Positions 49,888-60,295 of a stretch of DNA of 64,000 nt are shown piece by piece. The notes beneath the pieces are model-generated. The model had not been told where the DNA came from and did not search any database. It saw nothing but the letters and a program-made list of their open reading frames with translations. Location: NCBI GenBank assembly GCA_050014195.1, contig JBEKDT010000013.1, forward strand, positions 1 to 64,000, given 5' to 3'. The translations under genes and the position numbers were made by a program. The stretch comes from Desulfomonilia bacterium (GTDB lineage Bacteria; Desulfobacterota; Desulfomonilia; UBA1062). The stretch's first letter is position 1, and the number at the start of each line of letters is the position of its first letter.

Positions 49888-50958
49888 TTAGGTTTCTTGT
49901 CTTGCAATGCTCACCCAGAATAATCTTTTTTCGAGCAGATTATACAAGACCCATGCAATAAATATGGACAAGGAAAAGGATATAAGTGAAAAAATTGTAA
50001 GCCCTAAATATGGATGATCGATCATCATCCCTGCTCTGTTAAATATCGACTTCATAGGGTGCATAACAAAGGTATGTACGAGGAAAAAACTGTAGCTTAT
50101 ATTGCCAAGGAATATCATTACTGCATTATTAAAATTCGTGTTAATAGCCCATAAAAAGAAGACATACGCAAATACAGAAGAAGGAAAGATTAACAGTTCA
50201 TGGTTGGGCGCATAGCTGAAAATGCCAAGAGATAGCATGGAAAGCATTACCATGAGTGATATAATTCCTACCCAGGGATTAATCTTCTGCCGTGGGGTAT
50301 AATATACCAATATCCCCACAATGAAATATATAAACCTTGGAAACTGATAAATAAGAAGGGATACGATAAACAACAGTAAGGTCATCTGGACATAATATAT
50401 CCATGATTGCTTTCTGGTATTATAAGCCCTGTAAACAAGTCCCCATAAAATATAGAACATAAATATATAGCTTATGCACCATGCAACCGGTATCGCAATA
50501 GGAAAATCAAAGACACCAGGAAGCAGCAGAAGATTTATAAAAAGGCCCTTAAGCCATCCTGCTAATGAAACCTTACTCAACCAACTATGATCGGTAATAG
50601 GCCCTATAGAAAATATGAAGATGAGCATGGTAAGGTAAACGGGATAGATTCTCGCTATCCTTCTCCGTAAATAAAAGAAAAGGCCGCTTGACCTCTTTAT
50701 ACTTCCTACAGCAAGATACCCTGCAATGATGAAGAATATATCTACACCTGCGGCTCCACTCCCGAAAATGTAATAGAGCCAATAGCTTGAGGGTAAAAGG
50801 TTTGACCATACTCCAGTTGTACCAGCTCCATAGATATGGAACAGAAAAATAATGAGTATTGCAAACCCCCTCCAAAATTGAATTGAATTATTCATAATGC
50901 CTTTATATTGAGGTTTTGGACGAGAGTCTATATCCTGATATCTTTGCATATTCCGCAT
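49888..50958 (-). CDS. Acyltransferase-3 (OafA-like) O-acyltransferase
   Basis: SIQFWRGFAIL..FH, GVDIFFIIAGYL, RRRIARIYP, GNISYSFFLVH, LLEK; start may be 50895. Confidence 0.88.
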   Translation of the reverse strand: MRNMQRYQDIDSRPKPQYKGIMNNSIQFWRGFAILIIFLFHIYGAGTTGVWSNLLPSSYWLYYIFGSGAAGVDIFFIIAGYLAVGSIKRSSGLFFYLRRRIARIYPVYLTMLIFIFSIGPITDHSWLSKVSLAGWLKGLFINLLLLPGVFDFPIAIPVAWCISYIFMFYILWGLVYRAYNTRKQSWIYYVQMTLLLFIVSLLIYQFPRFIYFIVGILVYYTPRQKINPWVGIISLMVMLSMLSLGIFSYAPNHELLIFPSSVFAYVFFLWAINTNFNNAVMIFLGNISYSFFLVHTFVMHPMKSIFNRAGMMIDHPYLGLTIFSLISFSLSIFIAWVLYNLLEKRLFWVSIARQET

Positions 50959-51201
50959 TTAAGATCGGGCCAAATATTTCAGGGTTATTTTTCATTCAAA
51001 ACTCTTGGATATGAGCTGTAGTAGCTCCGATCCGATCTGACAGAGTGTATCCTTTTAGTTCTCCTCTTGGTAACAGTTCAGTCCCCATTCTCAAGGCGGA
51101 TGAGTGAGGGCGCACCTGGGGGACGTCCATAAGCAATTAAGTTCTGAGCTTTTTACTTACATCAACAAATCTCATTTGAAAAGAGTAGTTAACTCAAATT
51201 A

Positions 51202-52365
51202 TCAATGTGTTGAGAAAATCGTTTTAAGTCTGATTTGCCATTTTCCGTTAGTAGTATAGCGGTCTCTTAATTTTTCATATATGAAATCTAAACACATAGG
51301 AATCGTTATACCTAAGGTTAAATAGGCAATCCACCAATAATGTTGTGATGTGATAACAGGAAATTTAGCCAAATAGATTAAAGGTTCTTTTTTATATAAT
51401 ACATAAAACAGATTTACTGCTTTGAAAGCAACAAACTGAAGAGCCATTATAGAAAGACTCCTCCGCCCTATATCTGAAAATAGGTTGGCAACATACTTAT
51501 ATCTTTGAATAATATTAGCCAAATACAGATTTACATATATGCCTGTAAAAGAACCTACAATAAAAACTAGTGGATTATTTAAGTTTCGATATACTAAAGC
51601 CAAGTATACGCTGCCATATTTATTGCAAGTATAAATTAATAGAAAAAAACTGATAACAGCAGGAAACCAGTGAATATATTTATTAAGATCTAGTCTCTTA
51701 AGGATATAACCAGCATAAAATACAAGCAAAGTTATAAATGCAACAAGTAAATGAAAATGATCACACCAATGATACTTTTCATGATCTAAATAGTAACCTA
51801 TAATGAATGCAAATAATACGACCCATGGAATAATATTGAGGTTATATCTTTTATTGATTTTAACATTAATAATTGATAAGATTAAAAACATAATATTAAC
51901 AACAAACAATGCAACCAAAAACCACAGAGCACCCACTAATGGCTCACCACTATGAAACACCATTATGCCTATAAATTTATAGAAAAACTTAAAGCAGTTA
52001 TACTTGTATACTCCCTCCGCATATCCATATAGATGAAGATTGTATAATATATTATGAAGAATGAGAAAAATAACATTATAAATCCAGTATGGGAAAAGAA
52101 GCCTTTTACATTTCTTTATTATAAACTCTCTTGGTTTATATGTATATTTATCTTCAAATAGATATCCGGAAACAAAAAAGAACAAAGACAAATGATACAT
52201 GTATAGATATGGTCCTATCGGTGTTCCAATATGACCAATAACAATAGCTATAATTCCTAAACCTTTTAAGATATCCCAATAATTGTTTCTATTCATATGA
52301 GCATTATACATATAAAAAGATTCACCTTTTGCAGGATAATACCATTCCTTTGAAATCGATATCAT
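51202..52365 (-). CDS. Acyltransferase-3 family O-acetyltransferase
   Basis: DILKGLGIIAIVIGH, FFFVSGY, KKCKRLLFPY, LWFLVALF, IGRRSLSI; very AT-rich; start may be 52296. Confidence 0.88.
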   Translation of the reverse strand: MISISKEWYYPAKGESFYMYNAHMNRNNYWDILKGLGIIAIVIGHIGTPIGPYLYMYHLSLFFFVSGYLFEDKYTYKPREFIIKKCKRLLFPYWIYNVIFLILHNILYNLHLYGYAEGVYKYNCFKFFYKFIGIMVFHSGEPLVGALWFLVALFVVNIMFLILSIINVKINKRYNLNIIPWVVLFAFIIGYYLDHEKYHWCDHFHLLVAFITLLVFYAGYILKRLDLNKYIHWFPAVISFFLLIYTCNKYGSVYLALVYRNLNNPLVFIVGSFTGIYVNLYLANIIQRYKYVANLFSDIGRRSLSIMALQFVAFKAVNLFYVLYKKEPLIYLAKFPVITSQHYWWIAYLTLGITIPMCLDFIYEKLRDRYTTNGKWQIRLKTIFSTH

Positions 52366-52508
52366 TTCTTGGGTAATGCATTTTACAGATAATATTTATG
52401 GACAAATCGTTCATTCATGGATGCTTGGATGGTTGACTGTAAATCACATTATCATTTATTGTACTATCTCTTATTAAAGAATAAAATGCAAAGTGAGAGG
52501 AAGATGTA

Positions 52509-53429
52509 ATGCAGAAGGAATTTTACTACGATGACAACCCTGAATGCAAGTTGTGGGATAACATGTGGGCATCCAGGACTATTGAACAGGAACTGGAAGC
52601 TTGTAGTATGGAGACCCCTCCCAGGGAATTATTTTTGAAGTATCTCACAAAGAAAGATAAGATTGTAGAGGCCGGGTGCGGGTTTGCAAAGTGGGTGATT
52701 TATCTGCATAGGCGCGGGTTTGACATTATAGGCATAGACAACAATGAGTTCGCAATATCCAAGCTGAAAGAGTTCGATGCATCGCTTCAGGTGGAAGTGG
52801 GAGACATACTGAATATCAAGTATCCTGACAACTATTTTGATGCGTACATATCAATGGGGGTGATTGAACACTTTGAAGAAGGGCCGCATGCGGCATTGAA
52901 TGAGGCATACCGGCTGCTGAAGCCGGGCGGTTTGGTCTTTGTATCAGTGCCGACGGTAAATACTATCAGGAGATTCTACAGACGGCCTGTCCGCAATGCT
53001 CTGAACATGTTTCTCAGATCCCTCATAATAGTCAAGAAAGGTTGGTCAGAATCCAAATCTAAAGCATGTATTGATGCGATTGATAATTTACTTCCCGAAA
53101 AGGTGAAAAATAACTTATTAGGAAGGAAAGATATATATTACCATTTCACCGAGTACCGGTATACGAAGGATGAGCTGGAGAATTTTTTGAGACAGTCCGG
53201 ATTTGAAATAATAAAAACCATACCTCATGACTTCTATGAATCCAATGACCATGCGATCGGGTTGTGGTTGGACTTTCCTTTTTTAAGGAATTTCAAGGGG
53301 GGGGCAAATTTCAGGCTCAATCCCATTGGGAAAGTATTTTCGCGAGTTCTAGACAGTATATCCCCATGGATTGCCTGTGCCAGTGTCATATGTGTAGCCA
53401 GGTCATTGAAGAATGCCCAGCCAAGATGA
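52509..53429 (+). CDS. Class I SAM-dependent methyltransferase
   Basis: VEAGCG, GIDN, FDAYISMGVIEH, RLLKPGG. Confidence 0.9.
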   Translation: MQKEFYYDDNPECKLWDNMWASRTIEQELEACSMETPPRELFLKYLTKKDKIVEAGCGFAKWVIYLHRRGFDIIGIDNNEFAISKLKEFDASLQVEVGDILNIKYPDNYFDAYISMGVIEHFEEGPHAALNEAYRLLKPGGLVFVSVPTVNTIRRFYRRPVRNALNMFLRSLIIVKKGWSESKSKACIDAIDNLLPEKVKNNLLGRKDIYYHFTEYRYTKDELENFLRQSGFEIIKTIPHDFYESNDHAIGLWLDFPFLRNFKGGANFRLNPIGKVFSRVLDSISPWIACASVICVARSLKNAQPR

Positions 53430-53507
53430 ACTTCAACCCTGCCTAATGAAGGACAAAACTAATCTCCAGTCGCTGTAATAGTTTGATTGGAAAAGTGTTA
53501 GTCAATT

Positions 53508-56474
53508 ATGAATAAGTTCTTGCTCAAAAGGAAAATCAAGGCACTCCTAAGGCGGTTCTTAAAGGGTGTTAGTCAATATTCGACTATCCTATGGATAGGA
53601 CCACTCTCTATTCGAATTAATCGTTCCAGGAAAATCTGCTCTACGATAGCGAGCATGAACGGGGGTTGGTTGCATGGAATCAGGAAGGCACTGGAGATTG
53701 TCCTTACTGAAGGACTTGCAGGAATAGGCCCGTACATACTGAATGTCAAGATGCAAATACTGAAACAAAGTCTGGAGCCTCATTTCGGCAGACATTACAG
53801 AGAGGTTTATCACTCTGAAGCTGATTTTCTCTCTCATCCACCAGGGAAAATCGGTATATGTATCCGGTTAGGTCAAATGGAAATACTTGATGCGATGCTT
53901 GGATCTTTATCAGATGTGCCTTTTGAATACGACTTATATATAGCTGTTCCAGATAGGAAATCTAAATCTATAGCAAAAGGTAAACTGAATAAATTAATAA
54001 AGATCAAAAAGCTAAGGATATCAATCGTACCAGACCAGGCAAAAGATACAGTGCCCATGCTTCTGACATTTGCAAAAAGTATCCGGAACAATGATTTTAT
54101 TTGTCATATTCATACAACTGATTCATCACATGAAGTCAAAGGGCAGATTGACTGGCTAAATCATGCAGCAGATTATCTCTTGGGGTCGCAAAAGAATATT
54201 ATTAACATCTTCAAAATATTCGAAGATCATCCTGAGGTCGGGCTCATATACCCGGAGCCTTATCGGGACATGCCATATTGGAAGTATACCTGGCTTTCGA
54301 ATACCAAAGCAGCCGGGTTACTATTCAGCAGATTGGGGATGCATGCAGATTTTACTGGTTATACTGATTTTCCTGTAGGATCGATATTCTGGGCAAGGGT
54401 CAAAGCAATTGAACCATTGCTAAGCACGGGTTTAGCCGATAAAGATTTTTCCAGAGAAATGGAAAAAGCTGATGGAACTTTCGTCCATACAATGGAAAGA
54501 TCACTGGTCCATGTTCTCAGAAGCAGGGGGATGTCATTCAGCGAGATCAATCCTGAAAATAATTGTTACAGAATAAATTTTGGCTCAAAGAATCTATGGC
54601 AGTATTGGAACAAGAGCAGTGAAGAGCTTTGTAAAGCCATGGATAAGTTTGAAGTCATTTCATTTGACATATTCGATACGTTGATAACCAGGCCGGTGCT
54701 TGTCCCTGATACAGCGTTCGAGATTGTGGGGATTACAATCAACAAAAGTCTCATGTTGAAACTCGACTATGTCAAATGCAGGAAGCAGGCTGAATTCCGT
54801 ATCAGGATTAACAATGATTTCACCGGCGATTGTTCCATCGATGACATCTATGAAGAGTTCCGGAAAACAACCGGACTATCCGAGGCACAGTGCGAAGCGA
54901 TAAAGAAGATCGAGATACAAAATGAGATCGATCTCTGCACCCCGAGAGAAGAAATGATCGACATATTCAATTATGCAAGATCAAAAGGTAAACGAATAGT
55001 ACTAATCTCTGACATATATCTGAGAACACAAGACATCGAGGCAATGCTGTCAAAATGCGGAATCAGCGGCTATGATAAGATCCTTTTGTCTTCAGAATTG
55101 AATAAAAGAAAAGATACGGGCGAATTATGGGACTATTACAAGCACTGGATCAATACTCCCGGCTGCCTGCACATCGGAGACAATGAGTACTCCGACCAAT
55201 GTCTTGCAGCAGCTAGGGGGTTGGCCTGTTATCACGTGATGTCAGGCAGAAACATGTTTTATAACATTCATCTCGGGAATGGTTTTCACGGAAAATTTCA
55301 TGATGGAATCCATAGTGGAGATTCAGCCAGTGTAGGCACAATTATTTCGAAAGAGTTCAACAGCCCGTTTGCTTTGCATTTAACAGACGGGAGATATGCA
55401 ATAAATAGTTTAAAGAAACTAGGATACGTAATATTCGGGCCGATATTCATTACATTCATCACATGGCTTATCAGAAATGTCATGAATGATAAAAGAGATC
55501 TGCTGCTGTTCTTGGCCAGGGAAGGGTATGTCTTCGAGAAGTTTTATAATACGATAATTAAGAGCTATGGCCGCTATAACATTCCTTTCACCAAGATTGA
55601 CAGTAGATATCTTTTAGCTTCCAGGAGGGCTGTTTCTGTTGCTTCAATTATGAAAGAGGATGATATTCTGGATTTGATAGAAGCACCCTACAAGGGGACG
55701 GTTTCAAATCTGTTAGTTTCAAGATTCGGAATAACCAACGATAATACTCTTGATGGAAGCGAGAGTATTTCTTTGCCTGAGGATTACGGGAAAGTTAAGG
55801 ATATAATCGGGTTATATAAGGGTGAGATACTGCGGAACGCAAAAAGTGAAAGAGATAATTATATAAGCTATTGCCGGGAGCTGGGCTTGTTCAAATATGA
55901 CAATATTGCAGTAGTTGATCTGGGATATTCAGGCTCCATGCAGTATTATCTTTCGAAAATAATAAGCAAGCCCACTATCGGCTATTATTTTATGACGAGA
56001 AGCGACACTTTAAAAGGCATTCGATATGAAGGCAACTTGATGAAGGAATGTTTCAGTAATATTGATAAAGATGCCAACCACAGCATTAATACCATTTATG
56101 CCTTTATACTCATATTTGAAGGTTTGCTGACTTCTCCGGCCGGCCAATTCATAAAATTCAACTACGACAATGATGTGCTGAAACCGATATTCGACACGCC
56201 CGGGCATTCACAAAAAGTATTTGATTCATTAAATCAGATATATGAAGGGACCCTGGATTTTATGGAAGACATGGTGAAGTATCACGGCAACTATTTATTA
56301 GACCTCACATTCACACAAAAAATAACACAATTCATGTTGGAACATATAATGCTGGAGCACAACACAATTTCAGATGAAATAAAGAGTCTGTTTGCTGTCG
56401 AAGACAAGTATTGTTCTGATGGTGATATTTCGGTCTTTGACTATTATGCAAAATACTATGGTAAGACTGGATGA
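53508..56474 (+). CDS. RgpF-like domain + HAD phosphatase + PRTase-like domain (putative ribofuranosyltransferase)
   Basis: FPVGSIFWAR and DGTFVHTMER (RgpF-like); SFDIFDTL and HIGDN (HAD); FLAREG and VVDLGYSGSMQ (PRTase-like). Confidence 0.75.
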   Translation: MNKFLLKRKIKALLRRFLKGVSQYSTILWIGPLSIRINRSRKICSTIASMNGGWLHGIRKALEIVLTEGLAGIGPYILNVKMQILKQSLEPHFGRHYREVYHSEADFLSHPPGKIGICIRLGQMEILDAMLGSLSDVPFEYDLYIAVPDRKSKSIAKGKLNKLIKIKKLRISIVPDQAKDTVPMLLTFAKSIRNNDFICHIHTTDSSHEVKGQIDWLNHAADYLLGSQKNIINIFKIFEDHPEVGLIYPEPYRDMPYWKYTWLSNTKAAGLLFSRLGMHADFTGYTDFPVGSIFWARVKAIEPLLSTGLADKDFSREMEKADGTFVHTMERSLVHVLRSRGMSFSEINPENNCYRINFGSKNLWQYWNKSSEELCKAMDKFEVISFDIFDTLITRPVLVPDTAFEIVGITINKSLMLKLDYVKCRKQAEFRIRINNDFTGDCSIDDIYEEFRKTTGLSEAQCEAIKKIEIQNEIDLCTPREEMIDIFNYARSKGKRIVLISDIYLRTQDIEAMLSKCGISGYDKILLSSELNKRKDTGELWDYYKHWINTPGCLHIGDNEYSDQCLAAARGLACYHVMSGRNMFYNIHLGNGFHGKFHDGIHSGDSASVGTIISKEFNSPFALHLTDGRYAINSLKKLGYVIFGPIFITFITWLIRNVMNDKRDLLLFLAREGYVFEKFYNTIIKSYGRYNIPFTKIDSRYLLASRRAVSVASIMKEDDILDLIEAPYKGTVSNLLVSRFGITNDNTLDGSESISLPEDYGKVKDIIGLYKGEILRNAKSERDNYISYCRELGLFKYDNIAVVDLGYSGSMQYYLSKIISKPTIGYYFMTRSDTLKGIRYEGNLMKECFSNIDKDANHSINTIYAFILIFEGLLTSPAGQFIKFNYDNDVLKPIFDTPGHSQKVFDSLNQIYEGTLDFMEDMVKYHGNYLLDLTFTQKITQFMLEHIMLEHNTISDEIKSLFAVEDKYCSDGDISVFDYYAKYYGKTG

Positions 56475-56518
56475 ATGTATCAGATTGTGATGTGCTGAAA
56501 TTATCTGTTAAAAAGAGC

Positions 56519-57397
56519 TCAATGGTCATTTGGTCTCGGGATGAACACATAGTTGAATACATTCTGTGAGGCCCCTTTATTGGCAAGCGAGTTTTTAAAA
56601 CCTGCGGGAGTAATAAGGCTGTTATCTTTGTTTGCCAGTCGTACTTCATAATTATGTTGCCAGAACAGATCGAACGTGGCTTCATAATTCGGATTCCGCC
56701 CACCTGGACAAAATAAGCTCTGATTCACTTCTATGAACCAGGTAGGGCGTGGGTGCATGGTTAAGGTTTCCTCAGCACCCCTCAATACATCGAACTCTGC
56801 ACCTTCCACATCGATCTTTATGAACAGCTTTTTCCCCTGGAACCGATCACCGAGGATATTATCCAATGTGTTGACAGGAATAATCTGTTTGAATCTTTCG
56901 GAATAACCTGCCCAACCTTTGACCAGAGAAGCGCAGAGACCTGAAGCACCATATAATGTCAGCATGCCAGGCTTGCTGCTTAATCCTATAGGAAAAACCT
57001 CTGCATCCGTCCAGCCGTTGTTGCTTAAGTTGGCATAAAGGCATTCGAGGTTCTGCCATTGTGGCTCAACTGCAATGACATGTTTCCCAAGGGACAGGGC
57101 AACACAGGAATAATATCCGATGTTGGCCCCGACATCCACGAATACATCGGCAGTGTTCAAATGGTTTCTGATTATATCCAGCTCATCACTCTCGAATTTC
57201 CCCTTTAACATTAACCGGTGTTCCTTATAGTTTTTTGATACCAAGTCAAACCCGAAGGGTGTTGATGCTTTTATTTTTGATTTAAAAACATATGTATACA
57301 TAAAGTCAGAAAAGATATGTATTTTCCATCGCGTCGATAAGCGGAGATTATTTATATATGAAAACAGCCTGAAACGCTTCAATATTGACTTAATCAC
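56519..57397 (-). CDS. FkbM-family methyltransferase
   Basis: FVDVGANIGYYS, IAVEP, IKIDVEGAE. Confidence 0.92.
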   Translation of the reverse strand: MIKSILKRFRLFSYINNLRLSTRWKIHIFSDFMYTYVFKSKIKASTPFGFDLVSKNYKEHRLMLKGKFESDELDIIRNHLNTADVFVDVGANIGYYSCVALSLGKHVIAVEPQWQNLECLYANLSNNGWTDAEVFPIGLSSKPGMLTLYGASGLCASLVKGWAGYSERFKQIIPVNTLDNILGDRFQGKKLFIKIDVEGAEFDVLRGAEETLTMHPRPTWFIEVNQSLFCPGGRNPNYEATFDLFWQHNYEVRLANKDNSLITPAGFKNSLANKGASQNVFNYVFIPRPNDH

Positions 57398-57533
57398 AAT
57401 AACGTCCCTCAGAGGATTTTAAACTTATTCTGGTTTCTATACTCCGTATAGACAGGTGTAGTAAAGAAACTGCTCTATCCAGGGCTTTAATAATAGGATC
57501 AACAGCAGAAGTAATCGCCTGAAAGCCTCATAT

Positions 57534-58406
57534 TCAAGGCTGTTCAACTGCCTTATGTATGAAGACCATCTTCTGTGTAATAATCATTTTCGAAAATTTT
57601 GATTTGACTGAGGGCTTACCCCTTGTGAGATCACCTGCCCCTTGTTCATCGATTAACTGTTTGACAAACCCCACCATCCCATAACCGTGTGATTCAAATG
57701 GAACTTTGAGTAAAAGATTATAAGGGGGAAGCAACCCTGATCTTATTGCTGCTGGGTTTATTTTATAGAGAATTTTGCTCAAAATTAAAAAGATTATTTT
57801 TGTTATCATATTGAAGAGGTGCATCAGTCCAGATCGTTTACCGGAAAATATTCTTCTTTCAATTATAAGAGGAATCTTTATTAAAAAGTTAATGCGGGGC
57901 CGCAAGCCTGATCGCAGTTTTGATAGAAGTCCTTCTTTCAGTTTATAATTTTTCCCATCCGCACAAAAGTCAAAATAACCGGTTATCCAATCTTCTATGA
58001 CAAATATGCCACCAGGCTTCAAATGATTATCAAAGAGATGCCAGAACGACTGTTTTGTATACTCTCCAATATGAGATGCATCGTCAATGATGATGTCAAA
58101 ACCTCCCGGAGTCATCTTGGTGGCAACTTCTGATAAGAACACTGTATCAGTCTGACTGCCCTCGAAGAGGGATATCCGTTCTTCCTGGGGGAAGTCTTTC
58201 GGGACGTTAATATCAATACCTACGATAGTCCCTTTTGGGAAGTAGTCTCTCCATAACAAGAGTGATTCTCCCTTATAAATACCAAGCTCGAGAAGCTTTA
58301 TATTTTCATTAACCCACGGTTCAAGAACTTGATCATAGTCTTCCATAAGTCGGCTTGAAATTTTATCGGAATTATATTTTTCCAAGGTCAGCTGCTTGCT
58401 TCGCAT
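57534..58406 (-). CDS. Class I SAM O-methyltransferase (MycE/TylE-like sugar methyltransferase)
   Basis: LLELGIYKGESLLLWRDYFP, GIDI, FDIIIDDASH, LKPGGIFVIED. Confidence 0.8.
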   Translation of the reverse strand: MRSKQLTLEKYNSDKISSRLMEDYDQVLEPWVNENIKLLELGIYKGESLLLWRDYFPKGTIVGIDINVPKDFPQEERISLFEGSQTDTVFLSEVATKMTPGGFDIIIDDASHIGEYTKQSFWHLFDNHLKPGGIFVIEDWITGYFDFCADGKNYKLKEGLLSKLRSGLRPRINFLIKIPLIIERRIFSGKRSGLMHLFNMITKIIFLILSKILYKINPAAIRSGLLPPYNLLLKVPFESHGYGMVGFVKQLIDEQGAGDLTRGKPSVKSKFSKMIITQKMVFIHKAVEQP

Positions 58407-58504
58407 CTTTAAAACCCCCTTCTAGGAATAGATCTAAATTTTCATAATAAAAGTTAATAAAAATAAACATCATGAGTATATCATTAAAAGGCATATGATT
58501 TCAT

Positions 58505-59341
58505 TTAATCTTTTCTCCAATACCTGCCGGTCCAGTCAATTTCCTTTATCTCAGAAACTATCCCGTTCTCCGTTCTAAAATCATCTACCGCTTTTCTGCA
58601 TCTGCCTATGCAACCATAATCGTCAATGATACAGAATCCACCTTTGGAGAGTTTTGGATACAGATTTGTAAGGGCATCCATGGTGGAGCTGTACATATCA
58701 CCATCAAGCCTGAGGACTGCAAGTTTGTCTATGAGTGCGTTTGGAAGTGTATCTTTGAACCATCCCTTCAGGAAAACAACCTGGTTATCAAGGAGGCCAT
58801 ATTTTTTGAAGTTGTCTTCGACATCCTTCTGAGCCACTGAAAAGTATTTCATTGTGTACATCTCATCACCTTTATCATCAAGATATCTCTCTGTATCCGG
58901 CTTCGGCAATCCTTCGAAAGAATCTGCCACATAGACTTTGCGGTCATTCACTCCATAGGCTGCAAGAACAGCACGCATAAATATGCAGGCTCCACCCCTC
59001 CACACACCTGTTTCAATCAGGTCGCCTTCTATCTTTTCTCTTATCGCTGTCTCAATACAGAATTGTATATTATCAAGGCGCTTTATTCCGATCATCGTAT
59101 CAGCATATCCTGGGTATGAAATAGTTCCATCTATTCTTTGAGATTGAGTATACGAAATTTCATGGACAAGTATCAGTTGTTTCAATTTGAGGATCCGATG
59201 AACAGTGGATAAGATCATTCTCATGATCGGGTTCAACCTGCTGTTGTAGAAAGAAAGAGGCCTTGGCGGTTCAGGCCATAAGGTAAAGGCAAGGGTCTTT
59301 TTCATTAAGTCCAGATAGAGTTCCGCAGGTGTTTTTTCCAT
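58505..59341 (-). CDS. TylF/MycF/NovP-family sugar O-methyltransferase
   Basis: TMIG..RLDNI, ETGVWRGG, ADSFEGLP, KGWFKDTL, LRLDGDMYSST, IIDDY. Confidence 0.95.
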   Translation of the reverse strand: MEKTPAELYLDLMKKTLAFTLWPEPPRPLSFYNSRLNPIMRMILSTVHRILKLKQLILVHEISYTQSQRIDGTISYPGYADTMIGIKRLDNIQFCIETAIREKIEGDLIETGVWRGGACIFMRAVLAAYGVNDRKVYVADSFEGLPKPDTERYLDDKGDEMYTMKYFSVAQKDVEDNFKKYGLLDNQVVFLKGWFKDTLPNALIDKLAVLRLDGDMYSSTMDALTNLYPKLSKGGFCIIDDYGCIGRCRKAVDDFRTENGIVSEIKEIDWTGRYWRKD

Positions 59342-59367
59342 TATAGTTTCCTTATGAATTAAAAAGG

Positions 59368-60150
59368 TTACTGCTTCAGACTCCTTAGTTTCCCGATCAG
59401 GTGAATGATGATAGGAGGAACAAAGAGCCTTAAGATATTAAGTATTGATGACTTATCTATCCTCATCATGGTTCGTTTCGGATAATCTGTATATACAGGG
59501 ATGGCATTGGAAGATATCCGTTTCAGATAACCCTTGGGGTTCCAGGTTATAAAAAAGTGTTCTCTGTCCCTATCGATCATGAAATCCTCATTTTCAGCTA
59601 TGAAAGTCGTAATCGCTTCATAAGGGCCTGGATCCGGTCCATGATCGAGCCCGTGATGGATGATGCTGTCTTCGACTATGAGATAGTCCCCGGGCTTAAT
59701 GAATGTTGAGTATGCTCGTAATACGTTTAACGTATTGTCATATGTGTGTGAGCTGTCTTCGATCACCAGAACCCTCTCTTCATTTGAAATAATCTTCTTT
59801 ACATCATCAAGCCTTTGACACGCATCTCCTTCGATCAGAGTTATTCTGGGATGGTTTTTTATAAATTCCGGTACCGTTTCATGAGATAGGTCGAGACCGA
59901 TAACCCTGCCTTTGCCGAGCAGGTCACAAAGATGTGCCAGGAACAGGGTGCTCCCGCCATTGAAGTTGCCGATTTCAATTATTACATCAGGCTGGGTTTC
60001 GTATATAATCTCCTGATAAACCCATGAATCCATGGGGCTCTTCATCGTCCATACGCCGAAATATTTTGTTTTCCCCAGTATACCATTACCGATGATTTGA
60101 AGGATGTTGCGCAGAGGTACAGCCAGGCCATCTTCCATATATTGAGCCAT
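59368..60150 (-). CDS. CmcI-family (rhamnosyl) O-methyltransferase
   Basis: KSPMD..VYQEII...PDVIIEIG..GGS, VIEDSSHT, GDYLIVED, TWNPKGYLKR. Confidence 0.9.
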   Translation of the reverse strand: MAQYMEDGLAVPLRNILQIIGNGILGKTKYFGVWTMKSPMDSWVYQEIIYETQPDVIIEIGNFNGGSTLFLAHLCDLLGKGRVIGLDLSHETVPEFIKNHPRITLIEGDACQRLDDVKKIISNEERVLVIEDSSHTYDNTLNVLRAYSTFIKPGDYLIVEDSIIHHGLDHGPDPGPYEAITTFIAENEDFMIDRDREHFFITWNPKGYLKRISSNAIPVYTDYPKRTMMRIDKSSILNILRLFVPPIIIHLIGKLRSLKQ

Positions 60151-60295
60151 GCTTATGATCTCCTTTTACCTAATGATCAGGAAGCCAATTGGAAATGTGT
60201 ATATTCTATCAATTGATTGTATGAGGATAAATTCCTGGTTATTCTTGAATCGAGTAGTTTAAGATATTCTCAGATACTGATGAGAAGCCAGCCTA

